Source: Bacteroidota bacterium (GTDB taxonomy: Bacteria > Bacteroidota > Bacteroidia > Flavobacteriales > Flavobacteriaceae). From it: a stretch of DNA of 64,000 nucleotides. How positions within the stretch are numbered: the stretch's first letter is position 1; every line of letters begins with the position of its first letter. The notes beneath the pieces were generated by a model. That model had not been told where the DNA came from, did no database searches, and saw nothing but the letters and a program-made list of their open reading frames with translations. The translations under genes were made by a program, and so were the position numbers. This document shows, one piece after another, positions 10,909 to 20,510 of this stretch. Location of the stretch: contig JBHOTE010000001.1 of assembly GCA_042584125.1 (NCBI GenBank), positions 12,974 through 76,973 on the forward strand. Direction: 5' to 3'.

Positions 10909-11038
10909 TACTTTACTTTTAAAAGATGACAACAATATAATAAATCTCTAATTAGTAATAGATAACATACTTTTAGAGAGATCCCTTACAAAGGACAAAA
11001 GTGAAAAAAATAAAGGAGTATCTATGTTAAATAAAACA

Positions 11039-11072
11039 AAAAAACCATCTATTATTTGAGAGATGGTTTTTT
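11039..11072 (-). terminator. Intrinsic terminator of the glucosylglycerate operon
   Basis: AAAAAACCATCT-N10-AGATGGTTTTTT, 90 bp downstream of the phosphorylase stop. Confidence 0.75.
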
Positions 11073-11161
11073 CTTACGTTAACGTCAACCTACACATTCA
11101 ACCAAGCTCAAATAGTTTTGAACTCCAACAACTTACTGTGCTTTTAGTAGGTGAATTTTAA

Positions 11162-12886
11162 CTATTTTCTACCTTTAAGCCACATCATTTGAAATGGTTT
11201 TAGTGTAATAGATTTACTTGCTAATTTTTCAGCAGAACTCAATGCTAAAATATCCGTTAATGGAAAAATTACATTTTCAGGCAATTCACATGTTACTTCT
11301 TCACTAGAAAAATTATGTATCGCCAAAACTCGTTCTTTATTATTTATGCAATGTTGATCTACTGCAAAAAGAGATGTTCCCAAATCTAAGAATTCAAATT
11401 TCCCAAAAGGATTGAATGCGGCCTCATTAATTCTAATCGAAATTAATCGTTTATAACTATCTAACATTTTTTTTGCCAATGTTCCTTGCGATGCTAATTC
11501 TTTTTCTAACCAATCTATATTGTATTTCTCTCTATTAATAGTTCTATTCACACCCGAGTGTTTTACCCCATCGTGGTAATTTCTAGAACCTACCAAAGAA
11601 TGAAAATAAACTCCAGGAACACCCGGCATTGCCAACACGGTAGCTTGTGCTAAAAACATTCTTTTGTACCGAACCTCATCATCTTCTTTAGGATGTGTTA
11701 AGGCATCTATATAACTACAATTTAACTCATAAGGACTTTTACTTCCGTCTGCATCTGTTTTATAAGAAACCAAACCTCCATGTTCTCTTACTGTATCTCC
11801 AATAAACTGAACTTCTTCATCTGTTAAAATTCCTTTTACGGGTCTTAGTCCAATTCCATCATGACTTGCTGTAAAGTTAAAAAAACAGACTTTATCACTC
11901 GGTAACGTTAATGTCTTTGCCCACTCCGTTAACGTTTTTGTGTTTTCGTTTAAAATAGAATGTACCAACAAAGGTGGTAAAGCAAAATTGTAAACCATTT
12001 GTGCTTCATCATCGCCACTTCCAAAATACGATACATTTTCGTGATGTGGCACATTCGTTTCTGTAATAATAATTACTTCGGGCGCTACTTCGTGCAAAAC
12101 TTCTCTCATTAACTGAATTAACTCATGCGTTTGTTCTAAATGCACACATTCAGTTCCTATTTCTTTCCAAATAAAGGCAATGGCATCTAATCGAATTAAA
12201 GTCGCCCCTTTTTCCACATAATAAAAAAGCGCATCTAATACATTTCTTAAAACTCTATGACTCTTATAATTTAAATCTACCTGATCTTTACTAAAGGTAG
12301 TCCATACGTGTCTTATTTTCCCTTTGTTATCTACAAACTCACTTAACAAGGGTAACGCTCTTGGTCTTACAACTTTACTTAAATCCAAAGATGGATCTAC
12401 TTCAGTAAAAAAATCTTGAAAATAGGGGTCGCCAGACAAAAAGGCCTTAAACCAATCTGAAAATTGAGAGATATGATTGATCACCCCATCAACCATTAAT
12501 CTATACTCTCCACTAATTTGCTCTATTTCTCGCCATGAGCCCATTTTAGGATCTACAGCTCCATAATTCACAACAGAAAAGCCATCATCAGATGAATAGG
12601 GATAAAACGGTAAAATATGGACAGAATTTACAATTCCCTTTAAATGCTTGTCCATAAAACCCTTTAAGGTTTGTAAAGAGGGTTCATAATCTTTATTCAC
12701 CTGATCTCCATAAGTAATCAAAATCACATCTTTTTCACTTAAATGATATTCTTTTGATTGTATTCTTGATTTGTATTTAAAAATTAAATCAATAATACTA
12801 TCTACCGCCCGATCTGCTATTTCAGGTGCATATAGTTTGTGTAACCTTTTGTTAATCGTATGATCTTTATCTGAAATATGCTTCAT
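11162..12886 (-). CDS. GH13_18 sugar phosphorylase, probably glucosylglycerate phosphorylase (YcjM-like)
   Basis: HILPFYP, SSDDGF, WTTFS, RLDAIAF (nucleophile), ITETNV (acid/base), SHDGIG; gene context. Confidence 0.85.
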   Translation of the reverse strand: MKHISDKDHTINKRLHKLYAPEIADRAVDSIIDLIFKYKSRIQSKEYHLSEKDVILITYGDQVNKDYEPSLQTLKGFMDKHLKGIVNSVHILPFYPYSSDDGFSVVNYGAVDPKMGSWREIEQISGEYRLMVDGVINHISQFSDWFKAFLSGDPYFQDFFTEVDPSLDLSKVVRPRALPLLSEFVDNKGKIRHVWTTFSKDQVDLNYKSHRVLRNVLDALFYYVEKGATLIRLDAIAFIWKEIGTECVHLEQTHELIQLMREVLHEVAPEVIIITETNVPHHENVSYFGSGDDEAQMVYNFALPPLLVHSILNENTKTLTEWAKTLTLPSDKVCFFNFTASHDGIGLRPVKGILTDEEVQFIGDTVREHGGLVSYKTDADGSKSPYELNCSYIDALTHPKEDDEVRYKRMFLAQATVLAMPGVPGVYFHSLVGSRNYHDGVKHSGVNRTINREKYNIDWLEKELASQGTLAKKMLDSYKRLISIRINEAAFNPFGKFEFLDLGTSLFAVDQHCINNKERVLAIHNFSSEEVTCELPENVIFPLTDILALSSAEKLASKSITLKPFQMMWLKGRK

Positions 12887-12888
12887 AA

Positions 12889-14100
12889 TTATTCATTGTC
12901 TTTTCTTACATATTCTACAAATTTTTCTGAAAAATGAGGCATTACCGATCTAACGGTAATCCAAGATGATAAAGATGGTGTACCCATCGGATCTTCATAA
13001 AATTCCTCAGAAGCATCTTTTATGGCGTCCTGAAAAGCCTCTACAGCCTTAATTTCTTTTTCTCTAACATACTCTAAATTATTCAACTTACTCAAGGCAT
13101 TGTACTTTGATATTTCAAATCTTGACTCTTGAAAATAAGTTGCCAATAATGTTTTAAACGAACCTTTAGAAAACACAACCCCTTCTTGAGACATTACTCT
13201 AAATAAGGTTTTAGCAATGTCATTAGACATTTTATAAATTCCATTTTTACCATCTTGACTCCCTAATTCTTGATGTTTATGTTCATAGCTTTCCATAATC
13301 TCGGTTTGACAAATCCTTCTATTAGAAGTATTTTTATACACCTCACTTAAGGTAGAAACTTCTAAACCCCAGGTTGGAGAAATGGCAATACCACGAGCTA
13401 AAGATCTTATAAAAGAAAATTCTCCGGAAAGTGAATATCTAAAACTATCCATATAGTCTAAATACCTATTTCCTCCATAAACTTTAGCCAAAGCATTTAT
13501 CAAAGGTGTGTATAACAGTCGTGTTGCTCTACCATGCAATTTATTGGTAACTCTAGAATAAAAACCTTTATTAAACTCAAAATCCAATGCAGGATGCACT
13601 ATTGGATAGAACAGTCTTGCAGGAACCTCTCTGGTATAATTTACAATATCACAATCATGTAAGGCAAAGGCATATGCATCTTTATCAGCCAAAGCACAGC
13701 CTAACATTGTCCAAACATTTCGTCCTTTACCAGGTGTTTCTAATCCCGGAAAACCTTCCGCAGTCAAATCTGCATATAATTCTTTTATTCTTGGACCGTC
13801 ATTCCATAAAACATCTACTTTACAAGAAAGAACAGACATCATTTTTTTAACCTTAGAAAACTGCTCTTCGGTTGCTTGATCCAAGCCTAAAATAATTTTA
13901 TATAAGTACTTTACATTTTTTAATTCGTCAATAATTTTTTGCATTGAAGGTGTTTCAAACTCGGAATACAATGCTGGTAATAACAATACCATACCTCTTC
14001 TTTTACTAAGTTTTTCTAATTCCTGTTCTATATCTTCTATACTTCTACCTCCTAAATTTTGAAGTGTTGTAATAACTCCATTTTGAAAAAAATCTGACAT
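12889..14100 (-). CDS. gpgS: Glucosyl-3-phosphoglycerate synthase-like GT-A glycosyltransferase
   Basis: GKGRN, HDCD (DxD), GRATRL, YSLSGEF, WGLEV, YEHKHQ motifs. Confidence 0.8.
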   Translation of the reverse strand: MSDFFQNGVITTLQNLGGRSIEDIEQELEKLSKRRGMVLLLPALYSEFETPSMQKIIDELKNVKYLYKIILGLDQATEEQFSKVKKMMSVLSCKVDVLWNDGPRIKELYADLTAEGFPGLETPGKGRNVWTMLGCALADKDAYAFALHDCDIVNYTREVPARLFYPIVHPALDFEFNKGFYSRVTNKLHGRATRLLYTPLINALAKVYGGNRYLDYMDSFRYSLSGEFSFIRSLARGIAISPTWGLEVSTLSEVYKNTSNRRICQTEIMESYEHKHQELGSQDGKNGIYKMSNDIAKTLFRVMSQEGVVFSKGSFKTLLATYFQESRFEISKYNALSKLNNLEYVREKEIKAVEAFQDAIKDASEEFYEDPMGTPSLSSWITVRSVMPHFSEKFVEYVRKDNE

Positions 14101-14106
14101 TTTACT

Positions 14107-15258
14107 TTATTTTTTTAAGATTATTATAAAATCCATCACATTTGTACCCGAAATACCCGTTACAAAATCGTAGCCCAATATTTTAAAAAAAGTGTTGCTA
14201 TCACTATTTTGCAAGTAGGCCTTTGGATTTAATTTATGCTGTTGAATTTTTTTATAGATTTCGAAATCTATGAAAGCCCCTGTTGCTTCAGATCTCCCAT
14301 CAATACCATCACTTCCAGCGCTTAGTATTCCTATATTTTCATTTATACAATCTTTCAAAAGTAATCGAAGAACCAATTCCTGATTTCTTCCTCCATATCC
14401 ATCTCCTTTTACTATAGTGGTAGTTTCACCTCCAAACAACAAACAAAAACTATCATATTTCTGATCATATTTTTTTATTGCTGAACTAATAAAATCTGCG
14501 GCAGCTACTGAATCTAATTCCAAAGTGGTTGTAACAATCTTTGCAATAGCCACTTGAGAACTTATGTATTCTTTTGCTTCACGAAGAGCAATTTTATTAT
14601 TACCAATTATATGATGAGGAAACAACCCGTTATTCATAGGAGCTGAACCAATGGTTTGTAAATCGTCTCCAATAACATCACTTAAAACCAACACCTCCCC
14701 TTTTGCTTTTATTTGATTGGCTAACTTTCCTCCTTTTATTTCTGAAATTGATTTTCTTACCTTATTTAAAGCTTTAATATCGATTCCTGAAGTCAATAAT
14801 GCTGATGATATTTTTGTGAAATCATTTAAGGTTAATCCACTAATAGGTTTTTCTATCATTGCAGATGCTCCTCCAGACAACAAAAAAACAAAAACGTCAT
14901 TTTCACGTAAATCTGCTACAGCCTCTAACAATAAAGTGGCTGCCTCTATACTTCTTTCAGAAATCAGTGGATGGGTTGATGTATAGTGTTTGGCATATTT
15001 TAAATCACCTTCAGAAGTTGAGATAACCAAACCTCCATAAATTTTTTCTTCTAATATAGCTTCACATTCCTTTGCCATATCATAAGCTGCTTTTCCTACG
15101 CCAAAAACAAAAAACCTAGAATCATTTTTGAGCTTATATTCATTTTTAACAATGGTAATTGTATTTCCTTTTACAGAAACATTGTCTTTTACCAATGACG
15201 TAGCTTTTACCTTATCTAAAGCCTTAAAGTAAATTTTTTCTAATTCTGATTTATACAT
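14107..15258 (-). CDS. Glycerate kinase, MOFRL/DUF4147 type
   Basis: GVGKAA, LSGGASA, SDVIGD, GGETT, GGRNQE, GSDGIDG, SGTNVMD motifs. Confidence 0.9.
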   Translation of the reverse strand: MYKSELEKIYFKALDKVKATSLVKDNVSVKGNTITIVKNEYKLKNDSRFFVFGVGKAAYDMAKECEAILEEKIYGGLVISTSEGDLKYAKHYTSTHPLISERSIEAATLLLEAVADLRENDVFVFLLSGGASAMIEKPISGLTLNDFTKISSALLTSGIDIKALNKVRKSISEIKGGKLANQIKAKGEVLVLSDVIGDDLQTIGSAPMNNGLFPHHIIGNNKIALREAKEYISSQVAIAKIVTTTLELDSVAAADFISSAIKKYDQKYDSFCLLFGGETTTIVKGDGYGGRNQELVLRLLLKDCINENIGILSAGSDGIDGRSEATGAFIDFEIYKKIQQHKLNPKAYLQNSDSNTFFKILGYDFVTGISGTNVMDFIIILKK

Positions 15259-16045
15259 TTTTTATAACCATTTCGTTCCAACCTTTAGCTCCCTTAAAAC
15301 TCGATTTTTGCAGTTCAGAATTCGACAAACTCACATAAACCCCTTCATGATTTTGAATAGCAATAGGCACATCGACACTATTTAACAAGGGCACATCATT
15401 TTGACCATCACCTAAACCAATAGACCTAACTTCTTCATTATAAATTTCCTCAAAAATGGCAATACACATTTCAACAGCCTTACCCTTATCTTGGTTTTCA
15501 CCTATCAAATGATAAAACCTACCCCCTTTTGTTATTTTTAACTGATGTTTTTCAGCAAGTTTTTCTAAACTTTCTAAACAAGAGCTATCTTCTAAAACAA
15601 AAGGCTCCGTGAAATTTCGTTGCTTCGACATTTCTGCATTTCTTTCAGAAAGTCCTGTGAGCTCCATTATTTTCCCTAAACTCATATCACTAAAACCAAA
15701 CATTTTAAAATTTTCTTTATAAGAATTATAAAAACTTAAAACCTGATCATAAGCAACTCCTAATTGTAATACATAATACGCTCCAAATTCCTCTAAAAAA
15801 GAAAAATCAAAACCTCTATAGTTTTTCGGAATAAACAAGGCCGCTCCATTCTCTACAATAAAAGGCTCTTTAATATTTACTTTTTGTTGTAACTGCTCAA
15901 CTTCTATTTTGGTTTTACTCGTTGTAAAAACTAGGGGTATTTGTTTGCCAAAAATTAATTCTAGGGCTTCAGAGGATGCATCAAAAGAATAATCATCGTG
16001 ATTTAAAAAAGTCCCATCCAAATCTGTAAATACTAGTGTTTTCAT
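15251..16045 (-). CDS. HAD-IIB mannosyl/glucosyl-3-phosphoglycerate phosphatase
   Basis: TDLDGT, TSKT, IVENGA, GGRFYH, DKGKA, GDGQND motifs; likely start MKTLV. Confidence 0.88.
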   Translation of the reverse strand: MKTLVFTDLDGTFLNHDDYSFDASSEALELIFGKQIPLVFTTSKTKIEVEQLQQKVNIKEPFIVENGAALFIPKNYRGFDFSFLEEFGAYYVLQLGVAYDQVLSFYNSYKENFKMFGFSDMSLGKIMELTGLSERNAEMSKQRNFTEPFVLEDSSCLESLEKLAEKHQLKITKGGRFYHLIGENQDKGKAVEMCIAIFEEIYNEEVRSIGLGDGQNDVPLLNSVDVPIAIQNHEGVYVSLSNSELQKSSFKGAKGWNEMVIKNV

Positions 16046-16254
16046 AATACAATTCAATATTTATTAAAAAAACACCTATAAATTATAATGTTCTTTCAAT
16101 TGAAAGTAAAAACCATCCATTGCTTTAACTTATGAGACAAAAATAAATCTAATTTAAATAATTATACCTGTCAAAAAACAGGGTTTAAAGTGTTAATTCC
16201 TTTATTTACCTATAATTACAAAAGTGAACTTTAGTACAAACTACTTCAAAAACA

Positions 16255-16286
16255 AAAAACCATCTATCAAAAGATAGATGGTTTTT
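16255..16286 (-). terminator. Terminator of tRNA-Cys
   Basis: AAAAACCATCTATC-AAAA-GATAGATGGTTTTT, immediately 3' of the tRNA CCA. Confidence 0.85.
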
Positions 16287-16288
16287 AT

Positions 16289-16362
16289 TGGAGGCGTCGA
16301 GCGGATTCGAACCGCTGTAGATGGTTTTGCAGACCACTGCCTAGCCACTCGGCCACAACGCC
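16289..16362 (-). tRNA. tRNA-Cys (GCA)
   Basis: Reverse complement GGCGTTG...GTCTGCAAAAC...GGTTCGAATCC...CGACGCCTCCA: 7-bp acceptor stem, T-loop, GCA anticodon, U discriminator, encoded CCA; TAAATTTG promoter element upstream. Confidence 0.97.
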
Positions 16363-16417
16363 ATTGCGGATGCAAATTTAGTTATTTTATCTATTTGCGC
16401 AAGAACTTTTACTTAAA

Positions 16418-16777
16418 TTATTTTCTCTTCTTCGAAAGTACAATCGTAACCTGTTCTACATCTCCTCCAATTGGTGGATTTATTTTAGAAACAGCAGCCT
16501 TAACCTTCTTAACCATAGGAATTTCTTTCAAAACTCTATCAATGATTCTTTTCGCAACATGTTCTAATAACTCCGAACGAATGGCCATTTCTTGTTTTAC
16601 AATTAAATTTAAATGAACATAATCTACTGTTTCAACTAATTTATCAGAGATTGAAGACGCTTTTAAATTTGCTTTTACTTCAATATCTACTCTATAATCA
16701 GAACCTATTTTTGCTTCTTCTTCCAAACACCCATGATAAGCGTAAACTCGAATGTTTTCTACTTTAATTATCCCCAT
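16418..16777 (-). CDS. folB: Dihydroneopterin aldolase
   Basis: YAYHGC, TVDY, LLEHVA, KINPPI motifs. Confidence 0.95.
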   Translation of the reverse strand: MGIIKVENIRVYAYHGCLEEEAKIGSDYRVDIEVKANLKASSISDKLVETVDYVHLNLIVKQEMAIRSELLEHVAKRIIDRVLKEIPMVKKVKAAVSKINPPIGGDVEQVTIVLSKKRK

Positions 16778-16833
16778 ACTTTTTATTAAAAGGCAAAAAT
16801 ACTAAAAGCAACAGCGAACCTATTAGGAAACAT

Positions 16834-16869
16834 AAAAAATGTCGAAATAATTAAATTATTTCGACATTT
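16834..16869 (-). terminator. Intrinsic terminator
   Basis: AAATGTCGAAATAAT-TAA-ATTATTTCGACATTT hairpin followed by a U-tract on the minus strand. Confidence 0.8.
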
Positions 16870-16877
16870 CCCAGAAA

Positions 16878-17111
16878 CTAATCTAAAGAACCATCTCTTC
16901 TTCTTCGTTTCAAACCGCTGATGTGTTCTGCAACAAAACGTTGAATAAACGACATCTTCTTTAGTTCATTTGGGCGACTCAAGTCCGTGCGATAATTTTT
17001 TATTTTTCGAATCATCTTCCCCGAATAATATTGTCTCCCCCAACCTGTTGGAGATTTCAATTTACGAGAATCACCTTCAGACAAACTAGAATTTAATGTT
17101 TGATCCATCAT
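16878..17111 (-). CDS. Small basic hypothetical protein (about 77 aa)
   Basis: ATG at 17111 with an A-rich upstream region, fills an intergenic gap, terminator 9 bp after the stop. Confidence 0.55.
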   Translation of the reverse strand: MMDQTLNSSLSEGDSRKLKSPTGWGRQYYSGKMIRKIKNYRTDLSRPNELKKMSFIQRFVAEHISGLKRRRRDGSLD

Positions 17112-17299
17112 AATTTTACAATTTAAAGTGAAACATAAATTTCTAGGCATCAACAAGACGCACTTTATAGTATACGAAATTTAGGTGAATTATCCTCAAA
17201 AAACTATCATTATTTTTTCAAGTTAGCGGCTTAAAACCATTCTATTCTGTCTATTTTCTGTAAATTTGCTGCTTTAATTAACAATTCAACTTGTTGAAG

Positions 17300-19396
17300 A
17301 TGACAGAAGAAAAAAAGTCTTTGAACTTTATAGAACAAATCATTGAAGAAGATTTAAACAATGGTTTATCACAAGAAAAATTGCGTTTTCGTTTTCCACC
17401 AGAACCTAATGGGTATTTGCACATAGGGCATGCAGCTTCTATTTGCTTGAATTTTGGTTTGGGATTGAAATACAACGCTCCTGTTAACCTACGTTTCGAC
17501 GATACAAATCCTGCAAAAGAAGAACAGGAATATGTAGATGCTATTAGAAGAGATGTGAAATGGTTAGGGTTTCAGTGGGACAAAGAATTCTTTTCATCAG
17601 ATTACTTTCAACAATTGTATGATTGGACAATTGAAATAATCAAAGAAGGAAAAGCCTATATCGACAACCAGTCTTCTGAAGATATGGCTGCTCAAAAAGG
17701 AACTCCAACAGAACCTGGAACGGATAGTCCAAACAGAAATCGTTCTGTAGAAGAAAACCTTGCTCTTTTTCAAAAAATGAAAGATGGGGAATTAGAAGAA
17801 GGATCTCATGTATTGCGAGCAAAAATTGACATGCAACATGTGAACATGCATATGCGTGACCCAATTATGTACCGTATTTTAAAAAGGGAACATCATAGAA
17901 CAGGAAACGATTGGTGTATTTACCCAATGTACGACTGGACCCATGGAGAATCTGATTATTTAGAACAAATATCTCACTCTATTTGTACCTTAGAATTTAA
18001 AAGTCACAGAGACTTGTATGAATGGTATGTAGATCAAGTAGTAGATGCTTCAAAATTAAGACCTAAACAACGTGAATTTGCACGAAGAAATTTAAGCTAT
18101 ACGGTTATGAGTAAGCGTAAATTATTGCAAATCGTTGAAGAAGGTGTTGTTAACGGATGGGACGACCCTCGTATGCCTACAATTTCTGGATTGAGAAGAA
18201 GAGGTTACACTCCAGAATCAATTAGAAAATTTAGTGAAACTGCTGGAATTTCAAAAAGAGATAACGTTACAGATGTTGCACTTTTGGAATACTGTATCAA
18301 AGATGATTTAAACAAAACAGCGCCTAGAGTTATGGCTGTTTTAGATCCTTTAAAATTGGTGATTACAAACTATCCTGAAGGAAAAGAAGAATGGGTAACT
18401 GCTGAGAACAATCCAGAGGATGAAAACGCTGGCTCAAGAGAAGTTCCTTTTTCAAGAGAAATTTATATCGAAAAAGAAGATTTTAGAGAACAAGCAAATA
18501 AAAAATTCTTTAGACTAAAATTGGGTGGTGAAGTTCGTTTAAAAAACACCTACATCATTAAAGCCAACAACGTTGTAAAAGATGCTGAAGGAAATATTTT
18601 AGAGGTTCATTGTACCTATGATGAAGATTCTAAAAGTGGTAGTGGAACAGAGGCAAGTAAGCGAAGAGTGAAAGGAACACTTCACTGGGTTTCTATTGCA
18701 CATGCCATCAAAGCAGAAGTTAGATTGTATGACAGATTGTTTACCGATGAAGCTCCTGACTCCCACAAAGACAAAGATTTTAAAGAATTCTTAAATCCTA
18801 ATTCTTTAACTATTGGTAGTGCTTTTGTAGAGCCTAGTCTGAAAACCTCTACAGCCGGAGACAAATTCCAATTTCAACGTAAAGGATATTTCTGTACAGA
18901 TATAGATAGCACTGAAGATAAATTGGTTTTTAATAAAACGGTTGGTCTAACGGATTCTTGGGCTAAGCAAGAAAAGAAAGCGGCAGCTCCTGTTAAAAAT
19001 GAAAACTTCGAAAAAGTAGGACCTATTGCTGGAAAATACTTAAAAGCTCGAAATGATGAAGAAAGAGCGTCTTTAAAAACAGCCATCAAAGAATTGAGTA
19101 CTACTATTTCTTTTGATGCCTTACTTGCACCTTTACAAACAGCTAAATCTAACAAAGAAATTTTAGCTTGTCTATTGGTATTAAGCACAGGAATTGACAT
19201 CCAAGAAAACGATGTGTTTTACAAATTTATTGAAGACACTTTAAAATCGAATAACTCATCTATTAAAGTTGAAATTGTGAAATACCTTATTTCAAATACA
19301 ATCTTATTTGAAAAATTCAACGACACTTTACAAGTCTTAAAAACAGAGGAGAAAAACCCTTATGTTAGAGACCTTATAGAAAAATCATTATCTTAA
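17300..19396 (+). CDS. glnS: Glutaminyl-tRNA synthetase with C-terminal extension
   Basis: RFPPEPNGYLHIGHA (HIGH), MSKRKL, GWDDPRMPT motifs. Confidence 0.96.
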   Translation: MTEEKKSLNFIEQIIEEDLNNGLSQEKLRFRFPPEPNGYLHIGHAASICLNFGLGLKYNAPVNLRFDDTNPAKEEQEYVDAIRRDVKWLGFQWDKEFFSSDYFQQLYDWTIEIIKEGKAYIDNQSSEDMAAQKGTPTEPGTDSPNRNRSVEENLALFQKMKDGELEEGSHVLRAKIDMQHVNMHMRDPIMYRILKREHHRTGNDWCIYPMYDWTHGESDYLEQISHSICTLEFKSHRDLYEWYVDQVVDASKLRPKQREFARRNLSYTVMSKRKLLQIVEEGVVNGWDDPRMPTISGLRRRGYTPESIRKFSETAGISKRDNVTDVALLEYCIKDDLNKTAPRVMAVLDPLKLVITNYPEGKEEWVTAENNPEDENAGSREVPFSREIYIEKEDFREQANKKFFRLKLGGEVRLKNTYIIKANNVVKDAEGNILEVHCTYDEDSKSGSGTEASKRRVKGTLHWVSIAHAIKAEVRLYDRLFTDEAPDSHKDKDFKEFLNPNSLTIGSAFVEPSLKTSTAGDKFQFQRKGYFCTDIDSTEDKLVFNKTVGLTDSWAKQEKKAAAPVKNENFEKVGPIAGKYLKARNDEERASLKTAIKELSTTISFDALLAPLQTAKSNKEILACLLVLSTGIDIQENDVFYKFIEDTLKSNNSSIKVEIVKYLISNTILFEKFNDTLQVLKTEEKNPYVRDLIEKSLS

Positions 19397-19425
19397 AAAA
19401 ATGCAGTAGAAATACTGCATTTTTT
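19395..19425 (+). terminator. Intrinsic terminator of glnS
   Basis: ATGCAGTA-GAAA-TACTGCAT followed by a T run. Confidence 0.8.
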
Positions 19426-19443
19426 GTTTCAAATTAAACTTAT

Positions 19444-20499
19444 ATGATTCAAACGGAAGAAACATTTATTACGCAAACCATACTTCATAAAATTGGAAAT
19501 AAACATACCGGAAAAGACAATATTTATTCGGATACTATTTTAAATACTGAAGATGAAGAGTTGTATAAATTGTTATTTTCTATGAGTTTGAAACCTTTCG
19601 GGAAAATCAATGAATTTTACAATTTTGAACATAGCACACATTTGTCAATGAACGAAATGTACACTTATTGTTCTGAAGTTTTTGATGACCCAAACTTGTT
19701 TGTGGAAAACAGCAAACACATTGCCAAACATTTATTTGAACAATCTTCTTACCCTCAAATAAAAACAGGGGATTTAATTGTTTCTTATTATTCGGATATT
19801 TTTTTTAAAGGAGAATTGGTTGATGCCATTGGTGTTTTGAAGATTGAAAAAAGATCTTCTTTTTTCCAAACCTATAAAGAGGGTAATGAAATTTTATTGG
19901 GAATTGACAAAGGAATCAATCCTGGTAAAATAGACAAAGGTTGCTTAATTTTAAACACCGAAAAAGAGAAAGGTTTTACGGTATTAAGCATTGACAATAA
20001 CAATTATGATGCTGCGTATTGGAAAGAACATTTTTTAAGTATTACATATGCTGATGACGATAATGCTCAAACAAAACACTTTTTAGATATGTGTAAGTCG
20101 TTTTCAAATTCTGTTGTGAATGAACAACTTGGAAAACAAGAGCAAGCCGCATTTTTGAGCACCACAATTGGATATTTTTCAGAAAACGACAGTGTGAATA
20201 CTAAAGAGTTTGAGGAAGCCGCATTTTCTCATAATGACAGTATCAGAAATGCTTTTATCGAATACAAAGAATTATTTGAAGAAAAAAAACAAATCGATTT
20301 TTGGGATGAATTTGACGTTTCTAATTCCGTGTTTGAGTCCCAAAAAAGAAAAATAAAAAACGAAATTAAATTGGACACCCACATTCAAATAAAACTAGAT
20401 CTTGAAAATCCTTCAAGTTCAAAAGAGTATTTAGAAAAAGGATTTGATGAAGAAAAACAAATGCATTATTACAAAGTATTTTTCAATAACGAGTTATAA
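19444..20499 (+). CDS. Nucleoid-associated protein (NA37/YejK-like family)
   Basis: LHKIGNK, KIDKGCLI, YW..FL and C-terminal EKGFDEEK..YYK.FF patterns. Confidence 0.8.
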   Translation: MIQTEETFITQTILHKIGNKHTGKDNIYSDTILNTEDEELYKLLFSMSLKPFGKINEFYNFEHSTHLSMNEMYTYCSEVFDDPNLFVENSKHIAKHLFEQSSYPQIKTGDLIVSYYSDIFFKGELVDAIGVLKIEKRSSFFQTYKEGNEILLGIDKGINPGKIDKGCLILNTEKEKGFTVLSIDNNNYDAAYWKEHFLSITYADDDNAQTKHFLDMCKSFSNSVVNEQLGKQEQAAFLSTTIGYFSENDSVNTKEFEEAAFSHNDSIRNAFIEYKELFEEKKQIDFWDEFDVSNSVFESQKRKIKNEIKLDTHIQIKLDLENPSSSKEYLEKGFDEEKQMHYYKVFFNNEL

Positions 20500-20510
20500 A
20501 TCTATTATAT

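Noticed and set aside
11039-16362. Active integrative element or prophage at tRNA-Cys
   Set aside because: No integrase, transposase or phage genes, and no duplication of the tRNA 3' end; only short hairpin similarity, reported as a finding.
16278-16616. 112-aa plus-strand ORF
   Set aside because: Antisense to tRNA-Cys and folB; a shadow ORF.
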